This document shows positions 8,291 to 15,442 of a DNA stretch of 20,000 nucleotides, piece after piece (within the stretch, counting starts at the first letter, position 1; each line of letters starts with the position of its first letter). The position numbers and the translations under genes were made by a program. This stretch comes from an uncultured virus (IMG/VR IMGVR_UViG_3300031992_001727) (taxonomy: Duplodnaviria; Heunggongvirae; Uroviricota; Caudoviricetes): the IMG/VR virus record IMGVR_UViG_3300031992_001727. The stretch is one strand, 5' to 3'. The notes below the pieces were generated by a model. The model searched no databases, was not told where the DNA came from, and was given only the letters and a program-made list of their open reading frames with translations.

Positions 8291-8324
8291 GCCGTGGCCG
8301 GAGCCACGGCATAGCAATACCGAG
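8291..8324 (+). repeat. Hairpin family B copy 5: GCCGTGGC-CGGA-GCCACGGC-ATAGC-AATACCGAG
   Basis: Perfect stem. The tail GCAATACCGA is identical to the family A copy 7 tail. Confidence 0.9.
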
Positions 8325-8327
8325 ACA

Positions 8328-8391
8328 GTGTGGCGGTGGGGGATGCGGTGAGCTGAACTCGCCGCCACACAACTTTTGTTTCCCCTTTTTT
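8328..8391 (+). terminator. Possible intrinsic terminator/attenuator between major tail and tape measure
   Basis: Stem GTGTGGCGG(TGGG)...(CTCG)CCGCCACAC (8328-8370) followed by AACTTTTGTTTCCCCTTTTTT. The large loop and offset U-tract are atypical. Confidence 0.4.
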
Positions 8392-8419
8392 ACGAGCCGG
8401 GTGGCTCGCAATACTGGAC
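8391..8419 (+). repeat. Hairpin family A copy 3: TACGAGCC-GGGT-GGCTCGCA-ATACTGGAC
   Basis: Stem with one mismatch plus the conserved tail. Confidence 0.85.
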
Positions 8420-8448
8420 AATTATTTGTTTGTTAGTTATAGATTGTT

Positions 8449-11400
8449 ATGGCAGAAGGTGGTGGCCCTAGTTTGGGTAATTTTTACTTTGATGTTATAT
8501 TTCGGGACAAGAGCCAAGGGTTTCTTGAGCATGTTAAGAACACGCTCAAGAGCATTGACCGCAGTATCACGATAAATATCAGCAGCACCGGTGTTAATGG
8601 TGATGTAAGCAAGATTCAGCAGGCAATCAATCAGAAGCTTGCGAATGTGAAGGCTGTTGTACCCGTGTTGTTGAACAACCAGGCTGCGGTTCAGATTGGC
8701 GACTTGCTGACCAAGCTGAAAGGGATGACGGTTGAGCTGAACGTGCTGTTGAAGAACCCGACGAAGAAGAACCTGGAGTCGATTCAGCGCGCTGTTCGCT
8801 CGATGGTTGTTCAGATTGATGTCAAGCTGAAAGAGATAGACCAAGCCAAGATAGACGCATTGAAGAAGCGCACCGAGGGCAAGCTGAAACTGGAGGCGAC
8901 GGTCAACATGAACACCGCGCGCAACAGCCTGAGTCAAGCATTGAAATCGCGTCCCTTCAAGTTTGATGTTGTCGTTGACCAAATGAAGGTAGCCAGGGCC
9001 GTGCAAGCGGCATTGACGCAAGCTGGCTATAGCGGTGCCGGCATGACTGCCGCCCAAGCCCGCGCTCAGAGAGCGATGCAGCAGCAACAGGAAAGCATTG
9101 CAAGGATTGCCCGTCAGAATGCTGAGACGCAAGCAAAGATTGCCCGTCAAGATGCCGCACAGCAAGCCAAGACCGCTCAACAAGCTGGCATCGCCGCTCA
9201 ACGCCAAGCTACCGCCGCTCAGCAGACAGCAGCCGCCCATGCTCGCGCCCAAGCCGCCATAGCCCGCTCGACCGCCGCCATCAACCGCAACACGCAGGCC
9301 AACCGCCAGAATGCAGCATCGTTCATGCTTGTGCGTCGCAGCATGCTTGAGAGCATTCCGCTGGCTGGTAGCCTAGCGAACATGGCTAGGAACTATGTGG
9401 GTGTGTTCGGTGCTGTGAGTGCTGTGCGGTCGTTGTATCGTATCAGGGCGGAGTTTGAGCGCCAGGAGGTGGCGTTGCGTGCATTGATGCAGAGTGCCAG
9501 CCAAGCGCGTGAGGTGATGGGGCAGTTGCAGCAGATGGCGTTGAAGTCGCCGTTCTCGGTGAGCGACATTGTGAGTTTCTCTAAGCAGTTGTCGGCATTC
9601 TCGATTGGGAACAATGAGCTGGTGGAGACAACGAAACGGCTTGCTGACTTGTCGGCTGGTCTGGGTGTTGACATGAGCCGACTGATTCTCGCCTACGGGC
9701 AGGTGAAGGCCGCGACGGTGCTGCGTGGTCAGGAGCTGAGGCAGTTCACCGAGGCCGGTGTTCCTATGGTGCAGGCCCTTGCCGACCAGTTCACGAAACT
9801 GGAGGGGCGTGTTGTGACCGCCGCCGATGTGTTTGACCGCATATCGAAGAAGGCCGTCAGCTTTGAGATGGTGAAGCAGGTGCTTGACTCGATGACGAGC
9901 GAGGGTGGGCGTTTCTATGACCACCAGGCTAAGATGGTCGAGACCTTGTATGGCAAGATGGAGCGATTGGGCGATGCGTATAAGGTGATGATGAACCAGC
10001 TGGGCAGTAGCCATGATGCTTTGCTGAAAGCCCCGATAGATGCTATCACCAAGGCCATGATGGACTGGCGCAGCACCGTTCGTGCTATTGTTACGATGCT
10101 TGCCTCCAGCGGTATTTGGAAGTTTGTGAACTACTTGAAGACTCCGCCACAGGCGTTTGCCGGCCTTCAAGGCATGAAAGAAGCCGCCTTGATGCAGAAG
10201 CGCATGACAGCGATGACTGCGATGTATGAGCGTGGTGGTCTGGACAAGCTGAATCGTGGCATGCAAAGTTACATCATGCTGAGCAACACAATGACCAAGA
10301 CCGACTGGAAGAACGTGGTGATGAAGAACAATCTTAGCAAGGCCGAGACGATGTATCTTTACACCACAGGTCGTTTGACCAAGGCTCATGTTGAATGGAT
10401 AGCCAGCCAGCGCAAGTGGAACCTTGCCGCTCAGCAAAGCATCTTGAACATGAGCAAGATGCAACTGCTTGGTATGCGTGCCGGCATTGCCATCACTCGT
10501 CTTGCTGCATCGGTTCGCGCCTTTGCTGCCCAGGCCTTGCCTGTTGCGATTATCTCGCTGTTTGTAGACATTATTGGCAAGGTGATTCAGGCCAAGCAGG
10601 AGATTGATGACTTCAACAAGCAGGTGCGTGAGAGTGCGAAAGAGACGGTTGACGACTTGCGCAGTTACCTTGACAGCCACCGCGATGCGTTTGACTTGGT
10701 AGTCAACCCAGAAATATCTCAGGACAGCGACACGTTGCAAAAGACCTGGGAGGACTTGAAGCAGAAGATAGCGACCTTGCCCGGTCAGGAATTGATATTG
10801 GGCATTGTGTCGGATGGTGCTGATGGTGACTTGAAGAAGTTGAACGCGAATGCGATAGAGTTCTTGCGTACGATGGAGCGTGTGAGTGATGAGATCAAGA
10901 ACATGAACACGCAGATGGAGTACACGCAAGATGACTGGTTGTATGGCTTGTTTGATGAAGGCGTGAAGAGCGATGTGAAGGACTACAATGACAAGCTGAA
11001 GGAAACGCGCAAGGAGATAACTGCCATCAATGACTACTTGCGTCACAACAAGGTCAACTTTGAGCTGACTATTGGTGGGCTTGATTCGTCTAGCATCAAT
11101 GATATGCGTGAGGCAATCGCTAGTGCTGGCGCAAATGAGGCATGGGTTGGTGAGGCCGCTACGCGTGCCGCATCGCAGCTGAAAGAAGCCTACGATGAAA
11201 TGTCTGACGAGATAAATGCCAGTCTGAGGACATCGCTGCTGCCCGTGTTTGAGGAGTTGCGTCAGAAAGGCATCACGTCGCCGAAAGAGATGGCCGCTGC
11301 ATATCAGCAGATCATGCCTCAGATACGCGAGGCGATGGGTGCGACAACGAAAGAGGCTCAAGACACACTTGACCGACTGGCTATGGCCATGCTGCGCTCA

Positions 11401-14370
11401 AATGGTTTCACCCTTGACGAGGTTGTGTTGCTTGGTGAACGTGCCGCTAGCGACCTGCGCACCAGCATCACGCGCGAGGCAGAGAAGATGGGTGTTGACA
11501 TCAATGACATCATAGAGTCGAACAACACAGACACGATGAAGGCCTTGCTTGATGCTGCCATCGCCAACAACAGAACCATCAGTGATGACACGCGTGCGCA
11601 GTTTAATGCTCTGCGCGACTACATCATGACGCACCCAGCGACGTTCCGTGTTATCATGCGTGTTGAGACCCAGGAAGATGGTGAGGCGCGGAAGTATCTC
11701 AAAGGTCTGAATGGTGCTAAGAATGCCTATCAGCTTGCTCAGACCTATGGCTCAAGCACTCCCGAGGGCGGTGACACGAACGAGAAGGCCATCAAACGTG
11801 CAAAAGACAACTATGCGAATGCATTAGAAAAGCAACAAAACCTTGGTCGGCAGCTGAAGAACCTAGAGAAACAAGGCCAGAAGAACAGCCAGCTATATAA
11901 AGACACCAAGAAAGCCTTCGACAACGAGAAAACAAATGCAGACCAGGCGAAAAAAGCGTATGATGACCTTGGCGGTGACCCGGCAGACTTTCAGCCTAAA
12001 GGCAAGAAAGGCGGCAAGACCGGGCACAAGACTGGTGGCAAGGGGACGAAGCGTGATGAGTGGTTGGATGTGATGCGTAACCGCTTTGCTGAGTACAAGG
12101 AGGCGCGGGCCGAGGTTGAGAAGCTGCGCAAGATGGGCATGAGCGAGGCCAAGGCTATTGAGGAAGTGATGAAGATGCCTTGGGACTATGACCTGAACAA
12201 GGATTACCTTGGCCGTGGTGATGCGAAGGCCCTGGTAGACTATCTGATTCCGCTGGTTGAGCAGCATGGCAAGGGCCTGCAAGGCTCGTTCAAGCAGGCT
12301 AACAACAAGTTCTTGATGGAGTTGCGCAAGGCTCAGCATGATGACCAGCTGAAACAATATGAGGAAGAGACCAAGAAGATAGGCGATGCCATCAAGAAGC
12401 ACATTGAGACAGGTGTGCGGCAGTGGAAGTTGTATGACGCGCTGTTTGCGGCGACTGGGGATGAGGCTTTGAGCGCGAATGCGGCTTTTGGGGGAAAGAA
12501 GCTGTTTCGGAACATCGAGGAGCAGCTGATTGCTCTGTTCAACAAGAACGAGGGGAAGGTGGACTTCTCGGACGCGTTGCAGATGGATGAGAAGACGCTG
12601 AGCGAGAAGCTACTGAAAAATGCTGACGAGTATATCGACCTGCTGAAACGCATCAAGGAGATGCGTGATAGCGGCTGGAGCGACATCATGACAAAGGCAG
12701 CCGAGGCGATGGAAGCGCAGATGACGCTTGAGGAGAAGTTGCAGAAGCAGCGCATGGTGAACCAGAAGGAGCTTGCCGACTTTGTGAAGCGCAACGGTGG
12801 CATGGAGAAGGTAATGTCGAACCCCGAACTGTTGAAGCTGTACAATGCGCTGAAGAATGCCGGGCTTCGCGCACTTGCCGAGCTGGAGCAGGAAGGTGTG
12901 AAGCTGAGCGCGTTTTGGAAGGGCTTGTTTGACAAGTTGAGCGAGAGCACGCTTGGCGGTCTGCGCCGTGTGGTGACCAAGTATGGCACCGCGTTGAAGA
13001 ATGCCAAGCGCAACGGCGACGGCACATGGACTGTGCCAGGCATTGACCAGCCGGTGACCGAGGGCACCTATCGTGAGATGGTGAAGCGCATAGAGGACTT
13101 GCGCGAGAAGATTCGCGAGTTGAGTCTGACTGACTATCTGAGCGACCTGTTCGGCAACGATGGCCTGTGGCGCAGGGCCGAGACGCTGGGCGAGAAGATG
13201 GAGATTATCGCCATTGCCGTGGGGCGTGTGCATGATGAGCTGAAAAAGGCCACTGGCCCGATGAAGGAGTTTTTCTCGGCCCTTGGCAATGACACGGTAG
13301 GCGACTATGTTGACTTCTTCGACGAGATGCTGAACGGCATCACCGAGCTTGGCACTGGAGCGGCGAGGATGGCTAGCGGCGACCTGCTGGGTGGCGGCAT
13401 TCAGGCTGTGGGCGGTTTGTTCTCGACGATAACGAGTTTCTTCAACTTCCACGACAAGCGGTTGGAGAAGCTGATTGAGGAGAGCAAGCGAACGGTGTCG
13501 AAGTTGGAGAATGCTTACTCGCAGATGGAGAAGGCCCTGGAGCGCAGCCTTGGCGGCATGTACACGACCCGCAGCTACCAGCAGCAGCTGAACAACCTGA
13601 TGCAGCAGCGCAAGGAGGTGCAGCGGCAGATGGATGCCGAGCGTGACAAGAAGAAGACCGACAAGGATGCGCTGATAGCATACCAGCAGCAGCTTGCTGA
13701 GATGGATGACCAGATCAAGCACTTTGCCGAGGACATGGCTAACTCGCTGTATGGCATCGACATCAAGAACTGGGCCAAGCAGCTGACTGACGCAGTGGTG
13801 AACGCCTGGCGCAACGGCGAGAATGCCGTTGAGGCCTACCGTGACAAGGTGAAGGACATCATTGCCGAGGTTGCGACGAGCATCATCAGCCAGAAGATTA
13901 TGGAAGCCGCGTTGCAGCCCGTGCTTGACACGCTGGTGGCAGAGATGACTGCCAAAAACGGATTGCTGGACGAGGGGACCATCATGACCTTTGCGACGAT
14001 GCTGGGCAATGCCGGCAACACGGCAGTGAACACGATAACTGGTGTGCTTGACGCACTGAAAGCGCAGGGTTATGACTTGACCAGCGGCAACGGGGCAGGC
14101 ACACTGGGGCAGGGCATCAAGGAGATCACCGAGGACCAGGCGAACTTGCTTGCCAGCTACATCAACGCAATGCGCGCTGACTTGAGCGTTGTGCGGATGC
14201 TGTGGGAGCAGCACGCGCTGGGATTGAGCGTTGTGAGCCAGGCGCAGCTGACTGAGCTTGCCGCCATCAGTGCGAACACGTTGCGCAATGCCGAGGCTGC
14301 TGAGCGCATTGAGGCCGCGCTTGGGTCGGTGATCACAGTTGGTGCCAGCGGCGCGAGGGTGCGTGTGTGA
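8449..14370 (+). CDS. Tail tape measure protein (1973 aa)
   Basis: Very long Ala/Lys/Glu-rich helical ORF with a tape-measure domain (ALKSPFSVSDIV...LSAGLGVDMSRLILAYGQV...GQELRQFTEAGVP). Follows the tail tube gene. Confidence 0.93.
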   Translation: MAEGGGPSLGNFYFDVIFRDKSQGFLEHVKNTLKSIDRSITINISSTGVNGDVSKIQQAINQKLANVKAVVPVLLNNQAAVQIGDLLTKLKGMTVELNVLLKNPTKKNLESIQRAVRSMVVQIDVKLKEIDQAKIDALKKRTEGKLKLEATVNMNTARNSLSQALKSRPFKFDVVVDQMKVARAVQAALTQAGYSGAGMTAAQARAQRAMQQQQESIARIARQNAETQAKIARQDAAQQAKTAQQAGIAAQRQATAAQQTAAAHARAQAAIARSTAAINRNTQANRQNAASFMLVRRSMLESIPLAGSLANMARNYVGVFGAVSAVRSLYRIRAEFERQEVALRALMQSASQAREVMGQLQQMALKSPFSVSDIVSFSKQLSAFSIGNNELVETTKRLADLSAGLGVDMSRLILAYGQVKAATVLRGQELRQFTEAGVPMVQALADQFTKLEGRVVTAADVFDRISKKAVSFEMVKQVLDSMTSEGGRFYDHQAKMVETLYGKMERLGDAYKVMMNQLGSSHDALLKAPIDAITKAMMDWRSTVRAIVTMLASSGIWKFVNYLKTPPQAFAGLQGMKEAALMQKRMTAMTAMYERGGLDKLNRGMQSYIMLSNTMTKTDWKNVVMKNNLSKAETMYLYTTGRLTKAHVEWIASQRKWNLAAQQSILNMSKMQLLGMRAGIAITRLAASVRAFAAQALPVAIISLFVDIIGKVIQAKQEIDDFNKQVRESAKETVDDLRSYLDSHRDAFDLVVNPEISQDSDTLQKTWEDLKQKIATLPGQELILGIVSDGADGDLKKLNANAIEFLRTMERVSDEIKNMNTQMEYTQDDWLYGLFDEGVKSDVKDYNDKLKETRKEITAINDYLRHNKVNFELTIGGLDSSSINDMREAIASAGANEAWVGEAATRAASQLKEAYDEMSDEINASLRTSLLPVFEELRQKGITSPKEMAAAYQQIMPQIREAMGATTKEAQDTLDRLAMAMLRSNGFTLDEVVLLGERAASDLRTSITREAEKMGVDINDIIESNNTDTMKALLDAAIANNRTISDDTRAQFNALRDYIMTHPATFRVIMRVETQEDGEARKYLKGLNGAKNAYQLAQTYGSSTPEGGDTNEKAIKRAKDNYANALEKQQNLGRQLKNLEKQGQKNSQLYKDTKKAFDNEKTNADQAKKAYDDLGGDPADFQPKGKKGGKTGHKTGGKGTKRDEWLDVMRNRFAEYKEARAEVEKLRKMGMSEAKAIEEVMKMPWDYDLNKDYLGRGDAKALVDYLIPLVEQHGKGLQGSFKQANNKFLMELRKAQHDDQLKQYEEETKKIGDAIKKHIETGVRQWKLYDALFAATGDEALSANAAFGGKKLFRNIEEQLIALFNKNEGKVDFSDALQMDEKTLSEKLLKNADEYIDLLKRIKEMRDSGWSDIMTKAAEAMEAQMTLEEKLQKQRMVNQKELADFVKRNGGMEKVMSNPELLKLYNALKNAGLRALAELEQEGVKLSAFWKGLFDKLSESTLGGLRRVVTKYGTALKNAKRNGDGTWTVPGIDQPVTEGTYREMVKRIEDLREKIRELSLTDYLSDLFGNDGLWRRAETLGEKMEIIAIAVGRVHDELKKATGPMKEFFSALGNDTVGDYVDFFDEMLNGITELGTGAARMASGDLLGGGIQAVGGLFSTITSFFNFHDKRLEKLIEESKRTVSKLENAYSQMEKALERSLGGMYTTRSYQQQLNNLMQQRKEVQRQMDAERDKKKTDKDALIAYQQQLAEMDDQIKHFAEDMANSLYGIDIKNWAKQLTDAVVNAWRNGENAVEAYRDKVKDIIAEVATSIISQKIMEAALQPVLDTLVAEMTAKNGLLDEGTIMTFATMLGNAGNTAVNTITGVLDALKAQGYDLTSGNGAGTLGQGIKEITEDQANLLASYINAMRADLSVVRMLWEQHALGLSVVSQAQLTELAAISANTLRNAEAAERIEAALGSVITVGASGARVRV

Positions 14371-14384
14371 TGGTGATGGTTATG

Positions 14385-14417
14385 GCCGTGACAGGAGTCA
14401 CGGCACAGCGAGACTGA
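14385..14417 (+). repeat. Hairpin family B copy 6: GCCGTGAC-AGGA-GTCACGGC-ACAGC-GAGACTGA
   Basis: Perfect 8-bp stem and NGGA loop, directly followed by family A copy 4. Confidence 0.9.
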
Positions 14418-14420
14418 TTG

Positions 14421-14449
14421 TGCGGGCGGGGTCGCCCGCAATACTGAAC
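14421..14449 (+). repeat. Hairpin family A copy 4: TGCGGGCG-GGGT-CGCCCGCA-ATACTGAAC
   Basis: Perfect 8-bp stem plus tail. Confidence 0.9.
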
Positions 14450-14481
14450 TGATGGTGTAACTTTGATTAATAATTAATGAT

Positions 14482-14970
14482 ATGGCTAGAGATAGGGTAT
14501 TGTTTCAGCGGGGCGATGATTTCAGGACGCTTGACACCTGGGGGCTTGTGTTGTGTGAGGCCCCGATTCAGCTGATGAGCGATGTGAAGGAGCCTTACAA
14601 GAACGAGTGGCCTGACGAGCATGGCGATGAGGAGTTGGCAGATGTGTTGTACTACCAGTCGTATGAGTTGGAGCTGACGATGGCGACTCGGTCGGTGTTG
14701 TTGAACACGACGGCTGTTGAGGTGCGCGCGTTTGTCGAATGGCTAGCTGCCGGCGAGTTTATGTTGTGGGTTGAGCATGGCAACCTTGGCCGTCAGAAGG
14801 TGCGTTATGCGGGCTATGAGGATGATGCTCACATGTGGAAGCAGAAGATTCGCTCTGGCGGTCGAGACCAGGATGAATGGGTGTTGCAGTTTAAGATTAA
14901 GCTTAAGGTGAATGACCCTGTGACGCGTGTTTTCCCGAACTCGACTTACACGGGGTTGCGTGTGCTGTGA
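14482..14970 (+). CDS. Putative distal tail (Dit-like) protein
   Basis: 162 aa directly after the tape measure. Contains DTWGL...VKEPYKNEWPDEHGDE and ends in FKIKLKVNDP. Function inferred from position. Confidence 0.6.
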   Translation: MARDRVLFQRGDDFRTLDTWGLVLCEAPIQLMSDVKEPYKNEWPDEHGDEELADVLYYQSYELELTMATRSVLLNTTAVEVRAFVEWLAAGEFMLWVEHGNLGRQKVRYAGYEDDAHMWKQKIRSGGRDQDEWVLQFKIKLKVNDPVTRVFPNSTYTGLRVL

Positions 14971-14972
14971 TG

Positions 14973-15034
14973 TGCAAGCCGGTGGCTTGCAATACTGAAC
15001 TCTTGTGCGGGCGAGGTCGCCCGCAATACTGAAC
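14973..15034 (+). repeat. Hairpin family A copies 5 and 6 (tandem, 33-nt period)
   Basis: TGCAAGCC-GGT-GGCTTGCA-ATACTGAAC (14973-15000) and TGCGGGCG-AGGT-CGCCCGCA-ATACTGAAC (15006-15034). Confidence 0.9.
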
Positions 15035-15058
15035 GGTGATTGTTGGTTTAACTTTTAA

Positions 15059-15316
15059 ATGTTTTGTGAGATGATTTGGATTTTATTGCTTGGTGTTGTT
15101 TGTGTTGCTCTCGCTGGTGCTTGCTGGCGCATGAGTTGCAACCGTGATGAGTGGATGGTGCGTGCCCATGAGCTCAGTGACTCGCTTCGCTTGAGCGATG
15201 AGCGTCTTGCCATGCTCGAGGAAGAGCGTGACTCGCTTGCCGCAGAGGTGGGTACCCTCAGTGCCAAACTGAGCCGTAAGGGGACTGGCCGCAAGGGAAG
15301 CAAGAAGTCGCAGTGA
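15059..15316 (+). CDS. Small membrane-anchored coiled-coil protein (spanin-like architecture, function unknown)
   Basis: N-terminal hydrophobic helix IWILLLGVVCVALAGAC, heptad-like LSDERLAMLEEERDSLAAEV, basic C-terminus. Fills the gap between hairpin pairs. Confidence 0.5.
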   Translation: MFCEMIWILLLGVVCVALAGACWRMSCNRDEWMVRAHELSDSLRLSDERLAMLEEERDSLAAEVGTLSAKLSRKGTGRKGSKKSQ

Positions 15317-15319
15317 TGT

Positions 15320-15381
15320 TGCCAGCGGGGTCGCTGGCAATACCGAACACTTGTGCGAGCCACTGGCTCGCAATACCGGAC
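15320..15381 (+). repeat. Hairpin family A copies 7 and 8 (tandem, 34-nt period)
   Basis: TGCCAGCG-GGGT-CGCTGGCA-ATACCGAAC (15320-15348) and TGCGAGCC-ACT-GGCTCGCA-ATACCGGAC (15354-15381). Confidence 0.9.
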
Positions 15382-15389
15382 GATTGTGT

Positions 15390-15420
15390 TTTGTGTTTTC
15401 TATTTTTTATAGTATCTTTG
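15390..15420 (+). promoter_or_regulatory. Bacteroidota consensus promoter upstream of the tail fibre
   Basis: TTTG (15390-15393), 19-nt spacer, TATCTTTG (15413-15420). ATG at 15443. Confidence 0.7.
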
Positions 15421-15442
15421 TGGGTGAAAATACTTTGGTGAT

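Noticed and set aside
9373..14214. Long antisense ORFs (662, 534, 244 and 169 aa) opposite the tape measure, and 396 aa opposite the capsid (5874-7064)
   Set aside because: They fully overlap well-supported genes, have His/Leu-skewed composition and no motifs. These are shadow ORFs expected from codon bias.
14458..14465. TAACTTTG before the Dit-like gene as a promoter
   Set aside because: It matches the -7 motif, but there is no -33 TTTG (a GC hairpin occupies that position). Too weak to call.
1506..15381. Hairpin repeats as a CRISPR array
   Set aside because: The copies are dispersed between genes, differ in stem sequence and have no unique spacers. No cas genes are present.
1506..15381. 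Family A/B hairpins as ordinary Rho-independent terminators
   Set aside because: They lack a directly adjoining U-tract, carry a conserved non-U tail instead, and sit inside what looks like a continuous operon.
1506..15381. Hairpins as integron attC sites (A tail ends in RAC/AAC; one element per gene)
   Set aside because: They are only about 29 nt, with no RYYYAAC...GTTRRRY core pair around a long imperfect stem. No integrase is present, and the flanked genes are core virion genes.
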